A program made the position numbers and the translations under genes. Of a stretch of 22,130 nucleotides of DNA, positions 9,657 to 19,800 are shown piece after piece. Under the pieces are notes generated by a model. The model ran no database searches, was not told the DNA's origin, and worked only from the letters and a program-made list of their open reading frames with translations. The stretch spans positions 1-22,130 of the forward strand of contig JBDRNJ010000037.1 in assembly GCA_043811375.1 (NCBI GenBank), written 5' to 3'. The stretch comes from a bacterium (GTDB lineage: Bacteria > Zixibacteria > MSB-5A5 > GN15 > FEB-12). Position 1 is the stretch's first letter; every line of letters starts with the position of its first letter.

Positions 9657-11021
9657 TTGGGTATTTTTGACGATTTTCTGACCTCGGCGGTTGATATCGC
9701 CTGGGGTCTGCCGATGGTTATTTTGCTGATCGCCGCCGGTGTCTATTTCACACTGGCCGGCAGATTCCTGCCGTTTTGGGGCTTCAGGCACGCTATCGAA
9801 ATTCTCCGGGGAAAACTGGACAACCCCGACGACCCGGGACAGATCAGCCACTTCCGGGCTCTGTCGTCGGCGCTCTCGGCAACCATCGGTATGGGCAATA
9901 TATCGGGCGTAGCTATCGCCGTGACGATCGGCGGACCGGGGGCTATCTTCTGGATGTGGGTGGCCGGACTGGTCGGTATGTCCACCAAGTTCTTCACCTG
10001 CACACTGGCCTGCCTCTATCGCAAGAAAGACGAGCGTGGTATCGACCAGGGCGGTCCTATGTATTTCATCGAGGTCGGCCTGGGCAAGTACTTCAAACCG
10101 CTCGCCGTCATCTTTGCCGTGTGCGGCATGGTCGGCTGTCTGTCATTGTTTCAGGTTAATCAGCTCTCGGCACTGATGCAGAACCATTGGGGTATCAGTT
10201 CCCTGACAACCGGGATCGCCTGCACCCTGCTGGTGGGAATCGTCATCCTGGGCGGCATCGTCCGGGTGGGACTGGTGGCCAGCCGGGTGGTGCCGGCCAT
10301 GTTCGTACTCTACGTGGGGGCGTCGCTGTACGTGATTCTGGGCAACGCCGCGGCTGTTCCGGAGATTCTGCGCAGCATTGTCTCGTCGGCTTTCGGCGGT
10401 CAGGCGCTGCTCGGTGGCGGCACTGCGGTGCTCTTCAGGGAAGTCCTCTGCAACGGCATCAAACGGTCGGCCTTCTCCAATGAGGCCGGTATCGGCACCG
10501 CGCCGATGGCGCACGGCGCCGCCAAGACCAAAGAGCCGGTGCGGGAAGGCTTGATTGCCATGCTGGGACCGTTTATCGACACCAACCTGGTTTGCACATT
10601 GACGGCGCTGGTTATCCTCTCAACCGGTGTGGTCGCCGCCGAGGACGGTGTCGTCATGACCGTCAATGCTTTTGAGCACGGTATGCCGGGTGTGGGCAAG
10701 TACGTGCTGACGATGGTCATTATCATGTTTTCGATCTCCACCATGATCTCCTACTCATACTACAGCCTCAAATGCGCGCGCTATCTGTTCGGTTTCAGGT
10801 TCGGCAGCAAGTACGTTTATGTCTATGTCCTCAGCCTGATCCCGGCCGCCCTCTGGTCGCAAGCCACTGTCATCAATTTACTGGACACCGCCTTTGCCAT
10901 GATGGCCATCCCCACCCTGCTGAGTACGCTGCTGCTATCGCCGAAAGTCGTACAGGCCACCCGTGACTATTACCGGCGCATGAAAGGCCAACCGGACCTG
11001 CCGCCCGATCTCCTCTCCTGA
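9657..11021 (+). CDS. Alanine/glycine:cation symporter (AGCS, AlsT/AgcS family)
   Basis: GQISHFRALSSALSATIGMGNISGVAIA, GGPGAIFWMW, GGPMYFI, RSAFSNEAGIGTAPMAH, GPFIDT, and many TM segments. TTG start preceded by GGGGAG. Confidence 0.95.
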   Translation: MGIFDDFLTSAVDIAWGLPMVILLIAAGVYFTLAGRFLPFWGFRHAIEILRGKLDNPDDPGQISHFRALSSALSATIGMGNISGVAIAVTIGGPGAIFWMWVAGLVGMSTKFFTCTLACLYRKKDERGIDQGGPMYFIEVGLGKYFKPLAVIFAVCGMVGCLSLFQVNQLSALMQNHWGISSLTTGIACTLLVGIVILGGIVRVGLVASRVVPAMFVLYVGASLYVILGNAAAVPEILRSIVSSAFGGQALLGGGTAVLFREVLCNGIKRSAFSNEAGIGTAPMAHGAAKTKEPVREGLIAMLGPFIDTNLVCTLTALVILSTGVVAAEDGVVMTVNAFEHGMPGVGKYVLTMVIIMFSISTMISYSYYSLKCARYLFGFRFGSKYVYVYVLSLIPAALWSQATVINLLDTAFAMMAIPTLLSTLLLSPKVVQATRDYYRRMKGQPDLPPDLLS

Positions 11022-11049
11022 CACTGATCGTGGGCGATTCGCCCCCCAT

Positions 11050-11084
11050 AAAAACACGCCCGGTGGCTTGTGGCACACCGGGCG
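11050..11084 (-). terminator. Intrinsic terminator between the convergent symporter and giant secreted protein genes
   Basis: Perfect 9-bp stem CGCCCGGTG (11057-11065)/CACCGGGCG (11076-11084), followed on the minus strand by TGTTTTT. Confidence 0.7.
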
Positions 11085-11111
11085 CTTCAGAGGAAAGAAT
11101 AAGAGGGCGTA

Positions 11112-14100
11112 CTATTTCAAGAGAATCATCTTCTTGCAGTCACTGTAGTCGGCGGCCTCCAGCCGATAGAGATAGACGCCCGAAGCCGCCCGGGTGCCGT
11201 CGGAAGTCAAACCATCCCACTCCAGAGCCACGTTGCCGGCTTCACTTGATCCCTGATATTGCCGCACCAGACATCCCGTGATATTGAAGATATCCAGCCG
11301 CCATTGACAGGCGCTCGGCAGAGCAAAGCTGATCGTAGTGGCAGGATTAAACGGGTTGGGGTAATTCTGATTCAGGGCAAAGTCCGTCGGCAACTCGGCG
11401 CCATTATCGTTTAACTTGTACGGCCGTCCGAAGTAGTCGACAAATTCCGCTTTTCGTAGTGTGAGTTGCCCTTCTCCCTGACAGGGAATCTCCACCAGTT
11501 CTCGCACACCGCTGCCGATCCTTCCCTGCCCGAAGTCGTAGATGAGCAGTTTCAACCGGCCGTCGGCAATAGTGTACTTCAGATCCATCTCCCCGGCATC
11601 CGACGCTAATTGCGGCCGGCCAAGCTCCAGGTCGCCGCTGATATCGTATTCCAGCAAAGCCCCGCCGACAGTACCCACCGCCTCCGTAGTAATCCGGATC
11701 GATGAACCATAGCGATCAGTCTCCAGCACCAGCGCTTCTTCATACGGCGTCAACTTGCCGATAGGATAGGCGTCGCCGGTAATGACGCGTATCAAATACA
11801 CCAGGTCACCCACCGTCAGCGTCAGGCCGTCGGCATTGACGTCGGTAGCGGCAATCTGCCCGTCAACACTGATTCTGAACGCCGCGAATCCGTAGATAAA
11901 GTAGTTGGTGAATACTACCGCGTCGGCAATCTCGTACGGCACGCCGTTGAGATTGATATCTCCCCGCTCGTCGATCGAATCGGGATGAATTATGCAAATG
12001 CCGCCGTTGATAAACTCAATACACCGGATAGGCACGTTTTTGTCGGTACCCTCCAGACAGTAATCGGGTGCGCCCTGTTCCGGAAACATGCGGTTCCCCT
12101 CGGGGAAATTGACGTCGTCTACCTCATCCCAGACCAGCATCCCTTCGAGACTGTAGATCCTCAGATCCATGTACAGGCTGTCGCCGCTGGGATCGGAGAA
12201 GGTGTTGTCACCGCAGCCATACCAGACAAACTTGATCGGCAGGAAAAAACCACCCAAATTCTGGTCGTTGGCCACCAGGAAATCCATCGTAACCAGCACA
12301 CCGTTGGGACTCAGGGTTGAAGGCGGCGGGTGAAACGCCCCATTGTTGAGATCAGCCAGCCCAATCAGGCGCACCAGTCCGCTGGTAACTTCTGTGTGGA
12401 AGTAATACTCCCAACCATCGATTTCAGTACCCGTAATACCGGAACCCAGGAACTGCAACGAATACGAGTCGTAGTTGAACAGTATATTAAAACCACCGAT
12501 GGGGTCATTGGTCTCAATCGTCAGATTTACCTGCACCAGCTTGCCTACCGGCGTGCATGGCGGGCCTTCGATGGTAAGAGTCAGACAGACATTGCAGTCA
12601 CCTCTTTCATACACGTCCACGTAGAAAGAATCTACCGTAGTATTGCAGTCATCGAAAGCCGACACGCAGAACCAGTAAGTCCCGATGCTGTCCGGCGTGA
12701 AACAGATCCGGGCACTGTCGTCTCTAATAAGTTGAAATTCCCCGGTACCGCAGGTCATCGACAGTAACACTGCCGATTCCTGGTCGGTAGCGTAAATGCT
12801 GTCGATGCAAATGACGTTGCTGTCCTCCAGGCAGAGCTCTATCGTCCGCGAATCCGGCAGGAACAACAACGGTGGCTGGTCTTCGCTTACCACAATGGTA
12901 GTATACGCCGTGTCCTCTCCGCAGATTCCTTCAGCGATAATCTCGATTACGTAGGTGCCGGCCGTATCTACGGTCAGGCATACCGAGTCACCGCTTAGAT
13001 TCCCAACCGGGCCGACGCTGACCTGCAACCAGTCACCGTCAACCGTTACCGGGTAACAGAGCGTCACCGGCTGGGTCAGACAAAACATCGTGTCAATCCG
13101 GTCGGGACAGCCGATAACGGGTGGCTGAGCCTGATATAACTCCAGGGTAACCTCAGCGGTATCACTGCTGCACGACGCCTCGGCGATAACCGTCACCGGG
13201 TAGGTACCGCCGGTGTCGACCGTTACACATATCACCCCGGCATTGGGGTCGTAGTAACCGTTTGGCAGAATCGTGATGACGGCATCCTCGGGCAGAATCA
13301 CCGCCGTGATACAGATCGTTGTCTCCGGTTGGCAGGTAGTGTCCGTAAGCGTGCCACTCTGCAACCAGATATCGGCAAAATCGCCGGGACTGATGGTTAT
13401 CAGCACGGTGTCGGTATCATAAGCACCACAGTCATCAACGACAGTAATGATAACTTCGTAACTGCCGAACTCGGTCGGCGTGAAACAAACCTGCCCGGCG
13501 CTGACAACACCCGGCGTCCCGTTGATGCTGGCTGTTATGTCAACGATATTTGTATCGATATCGGCAGCAACGAAATCAACGCATATCTCACCCAACTCGC
13601 ACAACGTCATACTGGTGTCGTTACCAGCTGTTACCGTCGGCGGGCTGTTGAAAGTTACGGAAACGGTGAAATAACAGGTGTCGGTGCGGCACTCGCCGTA
13701 ACCGATCACTTCTATCTGGTAGATGGCCGGCTCCGTCAATGACAGGCAGATCGAATCGCCGTCGATATAAGCCGGTGAAGAGACAATTACCGAGTCCACT
13801 GAAGCCGAGGTAATCAACTCCAGGCACAGCGTAGTAGATTCACACAAGCTCAACGACGTATCACCGGGACATACCACGCTCACCGGTTCGGAAAAAGTAA
13901 CGTCATAGATAACGTAGCAGGTGTCGCTGTTGCATTCCGCCGTTCCGATGACTTCAATGACATAATGTCCGGCCGTGTCAGCGTAGAAACAGAGCGTGTC
14001 GTTGTTCCAGCTGCCCAGGGGGCTGGTGGAGATTTGGTAGTTGGCGCCGGTCACTCGCAGTTGCAGACAGATTTCCTCCGGACCACAGAGCTCAATGCTA

Positions 14101-16388
14101 TATGGCTCAGCCGGACAGTCGATCAGGACATAATCACCGGTCTCCACCGTAACACAGGCGCTGGCGGTGTCGGCAACGCCGCAGATGTCGACCGCTATTG
14201 CCTGCAAACAGTAGGTACCGGCACTATCGGGAGTGAAGCAAACTTCGCCCGTCAGCGGGTCGTAGACACCACCCAGCACATAAACCGAATCCAGATTGCC
14301 GTCGGCATCACCAGCCGTCACCGGCAGGCAGATTTCTTCAGGGGCGCACTGTGAAATAACAGTGTCGGGCGCTGTGATGCTAACCCATGGCGGATTGTTG
14401 GGCACGACGGTAACGGCTATCTGATCCCAGTCGGAAACCTCACAGGAGTCATAAGCCGTGACACGAATCACGTAAGTACCCGCAGTATCGGCCGTAAAAC
14501 ATACCCGGTCGGTGAGAGGATTATAGGTGCCGCCCTCGACGATAACCGTGTCCAGGTTGCCATCCTGGTCGCTGATCCCCACCGGCACGCAGACCTCAGT
14601 CGCTTCACAGAACGACAAGGTAGTATCGGGCGGCAGGAATACCAGCGGCGGGTTGTTGCATTCGATATGAACTGTAAACTCGCAACTAAAAGTGTCGCAG
14701 GGAGTCACCACAAACACCGTGATGTGGTTGCTGTTGGAGCACTCCGACCAGAAGCAGATGGTGCTGTCCTCGGCATTATACCAGGTATTGATGCCCCAGG
14801 TAATCACTTCCGCGCTTTCCGGTATACCGCCGATGGGCAGGCAGAAAGTGTCCACCAGGTTGCAAGTGAAGATGGTAGTGTCGTTGGGGCAGTCAAGCTC
14901 GACGCCTAAATCTGTCTCAATGATCACCGTCGCGGTATCGGCGGCCACGTTGCCACAACTGTCGACGGCGGTGACTATTATATCATAGCGGCCGCTGTCA
15001 TAAGGCACGAAGCAGACGTAGCCGGTATCATAGGTAGCATTAATGGGGCTGACGGTAATGCTGACAATGTCATTGTCGAAATCATAAACGTCCACCGGCA
15101 AACAAATCTGCTGAGGATAGCAGAGGTAGAGGGTGCTGTCCGGCATACCGGTCACTACCGGCGGATTGCTGCCCACGGCATAGATCGTAGTCCGACAGGT
15201 GTCACTCTCGCCGCAGGCATCGGTGGCTACCAGGGTAATCGTGTTGGCCCCGGGCACCGGCGTGAAACAGACCGTGCTGCCGTTAAGCACGCCCGGCCAT
15301 ACTTCACAGGAAACCAGGTTGCCGTCGATATCGTCACAAACAAAACCGTCCAGGCATACTTCTGAAAGATTGCATCCGGACAGAGTGTCATCACCGGGGC
15401 AACTCGCTGTCGGCGGACTGTTGAGGACCACGTAGATTGTCGTCTGACAGGTGTCGCTCTCGTCACAATCATCGGTGGCAACCAGCGTAATCGTGTTGGC
15501 GCCAACCACCGGCATGAAACAGACTGTACCGTCAGTGAGCGTGCCGTTGGACACCGCGCAAGTAATCAGGTTATCGTCCGGATCGAAACAGGTAAAACCT
15601 TCAAGACAGATTTCCGACAGATCACAGACGAACATGGTGTCATCACCGCGACAGGTTACCTTCGGGCTACTATTGAGCCCGACCGTAACGATAGTGGTGT
15701 CGCTGTCAAGTTCATCACAGGTATCCACGGCAATCAGAATCAACGTGTAAACACCGGCCGTATCGGCCAGGAAACAGAAGCTGTTGGTGACCGGGTTGTA
15801 GCTGCCGTAATTGACGGCGATGCTGTCAATTCCCAGACCGGGTTGATCGGGATCATCAATGTAAGCAAGAAAACAGGTACTTTCCGGCTGACACAGGTAA
15901 ATGGAAAAATCTTCGGCCATGGTGACAACCGGTGGTCGGTTCAACACAACGGTTATCGTAATTGTGTCCGCACAGCAGGACGGATCAACCGGTGTCTCGT
16001 CGCCTACCGGTTCAGATGCAGAAACCCTTTCGACAATGTAGCAGAAAGCATAGGTAGCCGAATCCAGCGAGTCCGGCATAAAGCATGTCTGTCCGGAACT
16101 GTCCGTCAACATTTCAAACTGCCCGGGACCGATAACCTGCGTTATCATCAGTGGGGAACTCATGGAGTCTGTCGCCACCACCGGGAAACAGACCTCTTCG
16201 ATCTGACACAAGTAGATGGTCGAGTCATAAACCAGCAACTCCGGCGGCGGACAGATTGAGGGATCGGCACTATTCTCCGAAGAACTGCCGCCTGATACCG
16301 ACTCGCTGCCGCTGGCCGCCAGGATTGGCGAAACCGCCAGGAGCAAAATCAATATGACTGAAATGTTAAATAATACTGACCGCGTCAT
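11112..16388 (-). CDS. ~1758-aa secreted protein: signal peptide, ~14 Cys-rich beta-sandwich-like repeats, cohesin-like domain, dockerin-like EF-hand pair, FlgD-Ig/T9SS type A-like C-terminal domain
   Basis: GGAGGAAAG-ATG at 16388 gives the signal peptide MTRSVLFNISVILILLLAVSPILA (the track start at 16526 is probably too long). Repeats start NxPP or xxCP and end D.C...DT...V. Cohesin-like VQVNLTIETNDPIGGFNILFNYD. Dockerin-like RGDINLNG..YEIADAV / ATDVNADG..LTVGDLVYLI. C-terminus LNQNYPNPFNP...ASGVYLYRL...KKMILLK. Confidence 0.88.
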   Translation of the reverse strand: MTRSVLFNISVILILLLAVSPILAASGSESVSGGSSSENSADPSICPPPELLVYDSTIYLCQIEEVCFPVVATDSMSSPLMITQVIGPGQFEMLTDSSGQTCFMPDSLDSATYAFCYIVERVSASEPVGDETPVDPSCCADTITITVVLNRPPVVTMAEDFSIYLCQPESTCFLAYIDDPDQPGLGIDSIAVNYGSYNPVTNSFCFLADTAGVYTLILIAVDTCDELDSDTTIVTVGLNSSPKVTCRGDDTMFVCDLSEICLEGFTCFDPDDNLITCAVSNGTLTDGTVCFMPVVGANTITLVATDDCDESDTCQTTIYVVLNSPPTASCPGDDTLSGCNLSEVCLDGFVCDDIDGNLVSCEVWPGVLNGSTVCFTPVPGANTITLVATDACGESDTCRTTIYAVGSNPPVVTGMPDSTLYLCYPQQICLPVDVYDFDNDIVSITVSPINATYDTGYVCFVPYDSGRYDIIVTAVDSCGNVAADTATVIIETDLGVELDCPNDTTIFTCNLVDTFCLPIGGIPESAEVITWGINTWYNAEDSTICFWSECSNSNHITVFVVTPCDTFSCEFTVHIECNNPPLVFLPPDTTLSFCEATEVCVPVGISDQDGNLDTVIVEGGTYNPLTDRVCFTADTAGTYVIRVTAYDSCEVSDWDQIAVTVVPNNPPWVSITAPDTVISQCAPEEICLPVTAGDADGNLDSVYVLGGVYDPLTGEVCFTPDSAGTYCLQAIAVDICGVADTASACVTVETGDYVLIDCPAEPYSIELCGPEEICLQLRVTGANYQISTSPLGSWNNDTLCFYADTAGHYVIEVIGTAECNSDTCYVIYDVTFSEPVSVVCPGDTSLSLCESTTLCLELITSASVDSVIVSSPAYIDGDSICLSLTEPAIYQIEVIGYGECRTDTCYFTVSVTFNSPPTVTAGNDTSMTLCELGEICVDFVAADIDTNIVDITASINGTPGVVSAGQVCFTPTEFGSYEVIITVVDDCGAYDTDTVLITISPGDFADIWLQSGTLTDTTCQPETTICITAVILPEDAVITILPNGYYDPNAGVICVTVDTGGTYPVTVIAEASCSSDTAEVTLELYQAQPPVIGCPDRIDTMFCLTQPVTLCYPVTVDGDWLQVSVGPVGNLSGDSVCLTVDTAGTYVIEIIAEGICGEDTAYTTIVVSEDQPPLLFLPDSRTIELCLEDSNVICIDSIYATDQESAVLLSMTCGTGEFQLIRDDSARICFTPDSIGTYWFCVSAFDDCNTTVDSFYVDVYERGDCNVCLTLTIEGPPCTPVGKLVQVNLTIETNDPIGGFNILFNYDSYSLQFLGSGITGTEIDGWEYYFHTEVTSGLVRLIGLADLNNGAFHPPPSTLSPNGVLVTMDFLVANDQNLGGFFLPIKFVWYGCGDNTFSDPSGDSLYMDLRIYSLEGMLVWDEVDDVNFPEGNRMFPEQGAPDYCLEGTDKNVPIRCIEFINGGICIIHPDSIDERGDINLNGVPYEIADAVVFTNYFIYGFAAFRISVDGQIAATDVNADGLTLTVGDLVYLIRVITGDAYPIGKLTPYEEALVLETDRYGSSIRITTEAVGTVGGALLEYDISGDLELGRPQLASDAGEMDLKYTIADGRLKLLIYDFGQGRIGSGVRELVEIPCQGEGQLTLRKAEFVDYFGRPYKLNDNGAELPTDFALNQNYPNPFNPATTISFALPSACQWRLDIFNITGCLVRQYQGSSEAGNVALEWDGLTSDGTRAASGVYLYRLEAADYSDCKKMILLK
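15171..15674 (-). repeat. Intragenic tandem duplication, 2 x 252 nt (84 aa)
   Basis: Units NSSPKVTCRGDD...TIYVVL (15674-15423) and NSPPTASCPGDD...TIYAVG (15422-15171) align without gaps. By hand count 53/84 residues are identical, including all 8 Cys. The similarity is also visible in the DNA. Confidence 0.9.
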
Positions 16389-16594
16389 CTTTCCTCCGAA
16401 GCTGCACTTCAGTGCACTAACGCCGGCACCGACAAGGGAAACCCCCGGATTTTCGAGTACCGACACTCTGATTGTGAGGGGCTGCCTCGGCCCCTTTTGT
16501 CGTAAAACCTGCCTCGATTTCGCCACTCAACCAATTGACTGTAGAGTGACCAGCAGTAAGTTGTAGTACTATGGTATTCTTTAATGTACATCCA

Positions 16595-16622
16595 AATATA
16601 GCCTTACCAGCATAGAAGTCAA
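16595..16622 (-). promoter_or_regulatory. Putative sigma70 promoter of the giant secreted protein gene
   Basis: Minus strand TTGACT (16622-16617), 16 nt, TATATT (16600-16595). This implies a ~200-nt 5' leader. Confidence 0.5.
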
Positions 16623-16760
16623 GGCAAATTACACTTTGCAGGGTGAGATGCAAGAATCGGGCCAACCGACGAAGATACTGAATCCGTTGTGGTTACAGAT
16701 ATTATTACACAAATGATGCAGCCAACTGTCTCTTTTGTGAAGACGGATAATCAATTTATG

Positions 16761-16769
16761 TGCTATATT
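16761..16769 (+). promoter_or_regulatory. Putative extended -10 promoter for the 1057-aa gene
   Basis: TGcTATATT about 60 nt upstream of ATG 16831, which has a GGGAGGAG RBS. Confidence 0.4.
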
Positions 16770-16830
16770 ACTTACACTGGCCGCAAACCGTGACCGGGTT
16801 CAGCCAGCTAAAACGGGAGGAGAGAACACA

Positions 16831-19800
16831 ATGAACCGCTGTCCGGTAATTCTCCTGATAAGTGCCGTGATTACAATCGGCGCAGCTACTGCTCTGCCAT
16901 GTCTTGCTAAAGGGATTGATCCTGCTCAGTCCGAGCCGGTGTCGACACTCTCACAACCGGCAACCGTCCGGCAGAGTCAGACACCTGCCGTTGTCAGCCG
17001 GTGGCCGGCTGCTGAAGCCACTCATTCCACCTCAAAAATCTCAGTTGAGGTCGGCAGTTACGGTCTGCTGCAATCGCTGGAATTCCCTCCCGACAGTGGC
17101 GGCAGCTATTTGTGGCAGGCCGCTCTCTGGATCGGCGGCGTTATCGGCAACGATACCCTGGTGTCGGCCGCCTTCTTCAGCGAACAGGATTCCGGAACTT
17201 ACTTCTATGGATATGGCCGGGAATTCTATCCCCCCAATCTTAGCTGTGCCGTCACTCCTGCCTATGTCGGCCCGGGGACAGCATTTCGCACACACTTTGT
17301 CGACACCTTCACGTCCGGTGTTCCCGACCTGGGGATGGACTACTTCCGTCATTCTCATATTCCGCTCAATCTGGCCGTCGTGCAAAAGTCCTACAGTCTT
17401 GACATCCATCCCTACCGGAGTATCGTTTTACTGGATTTCATCACCACCAATATCGGTCATCAAACGATAGAGGCAGCCACGGTCGGTTTGTTGGTCGATG
17501 GCGACGCCTGCGGATATGATCCCGCCTGGTATGAGTGTTATCAGGATGACCTGTCCGGTTCGTTGCGGGACATCAGCACCGGTTACATCATTGACAACGA
17601 TGGTGACCCCGAATATGGCCGCTTTCAAGGGAACCTCAGTCCGCTGGCCGGCCTGGGCGTACGACCGGTGATGGTCTATCCGCCGGTGACCGACACCAAT
17701 TTCAATTGGTTTCTGAGCGCCTTTGGGGTGGATTTTGGACCCAGGCAGCGCGGCACACCGACAGAACCTTTCCGGGACTTCCAGACCGGCACCATCGGCA
17801 ACGCCACCGGTGACATCAACCGCCATTACGTCATGAGCCACTCTGAGTGGGATTATGACCAGGTGTTCACCGCCGCTATTGACTCCACCGACAGCGTCTG
17901 GCTTCACCCCGACCCGGAGCTTGCCCGAGACATATCCTGGGGCTGGGATACGCGCTTTCTGCTGTCGGTCGGGCCGGTGGACCTGATGCCGGACAGTTCG
18001 ATGAGGGCAATCTTCGCGCTGTTCACCGGCGAGTTTGTTCATGTCGACCCGACCAACCGGTATAATCTACAGCAAGGCGACTACTGGCAGTATTATCACA
18101 ATCTCCACTTCGACATTCTACGACAGACCGCTCAGGATGCTGTTGATTTCGCCAATATCATGCTGGATCCGATGCTTCCACCGACCGGACTGAAGCTGCT
18201 CAGTTCCGCCGCCGACACCGCCGTTGTGTCCTGGGACAGCTATGTGCTCCCGGAAGTCACTGGCTACAACGTATACCTGCGACCGGTCCCCGACTCCTTT
18301 ATAGTCGGTTCCGGCGTAGCCATTCCTCCCACTGTCCCGATAGATATGGGAAATCGAGTCTTTCACTTCCCGGCCGGTCGGACACAAGGTGTGTTGCGTG
18401 ATCTGCAGCCGGGACGGTTGTATTTTGTGGCCGCCACGCATGTCACCGGTACCGGCGAGGGTCGGTTGTCGGTGCCGATAGTAGCCGGGTATGATAATCT
18501 CCAACAGGTATCCCCTGCGAGCGAGTTTGCCTTTTTTGACGGCCCTGACCAACCTCCCACTCTGACCTGGACGCCATCGGACAACCCCGCTGTACGCTAT
18601 TACCGTATCTACCGGACTCTCGACCCGACTGAGGCCGTCAACCGGTATCAGCCGTTCATCGCCGACGATTCCACTCTGGTGGAACAGGGACCGACACTAT
18701 GCCGACAACGAAATGAAGCCACCTACTGTTACTACGAGATGGAACCGTATGATGCCACCGTTGGCAACATCGGTTACTACGTCGATAGTGACCCCGTCGA
18801 TGGTGCTGTCTACTGGGTGTCGCCGGTCGGGCCGGCGGGTTACCCCGGTCCGTTTTCAGACCTGATAACTGCTCACCAGGCAACCGTTCCGACCAGAGAT
18901 ATAGTAGTGATCCTTGGAGCCACTTCCCAACTGCATGATTATGTTTACGCGGATTCCCTGGTTGACTATTACAGTCGCCTTCTCGAAGGTTTCGACTATG
19001 ATATCTACAATTGGTACGACACCAACCTGGTGCCGGCCAACTGTGACAGCGGTTACTGCGTCGACTGGCATGACCTGACCCGATACAACGTGATCCTGGT
19101 CGAGGAGTTTCCTGCGCCCAAAATCCTGTCGCCTGAAACTGAGCCGGTTTTCAAGCTGCTGAAAAAACTGTTCCATCTGGGCCGGGACATTGTTTACTTC
19201 GGCACTCCCCCCGGAAATATGTCCGTCAACCTCTCTTCGCAGGCGGACACTATCCGGTACGACTCAGCCTCCTTTGAAGCTACCGGTCTGGGGTTGGAAT
19301 TTACCTTGATGAAAACGTGGAAAGACAACTACGACCAGTACGGTGTCCGGGATACCCTGGCCGGTTTCAATCGAGCCGAACCTGCTGTTGATAGCCTGCC
19401 CCGGTTGACTCTCGACACCATCGGCAACAGACTGAAACCTATCATGCACCACCTGTTCGAAACAGATCATTGTCTGCCGCTCACGGGAGCTTTCAGTCCC
19501 GGGCCGGAAGCACAGGTGCTGTACCGCTATGGCTCGCGGTACCCGACCACTTCGGAATTGCGGGATCGACCCTGTGGCCTGCTGCATGACCGGGGGACAA
19601 CCAAAGCGTACGTTTTCTCCTTCCACCTGTGGGCTATCGAAGAAACCGCCGCCCGCCAGTTGATCGAGTACGTTCTGCAACATCGCACGCCACAACTACA
19701 ACCAGAGCGTCCACCGGAGCGGCCGTTGACCACCCGCCTTCACCATAACTATCCCAACCCGTTTAATGACGGCACCAGAATCATGTTCGACCTGCGACAT

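Noticed and set aside
11032..11044. Palindrome GGGCGA-T-TCGCCC, REP-like
   Set aside because: Single short copy with a 1-nt spacer; I saw no other copies in the window.
16389..16526. 46-codon N-terminal extension of the giant protein in the ORF track
   Set aside because: ATG 16388 has a strong GGAGG RBS and begins a clean signal peptide, so the extension is more likely untranslated leader.
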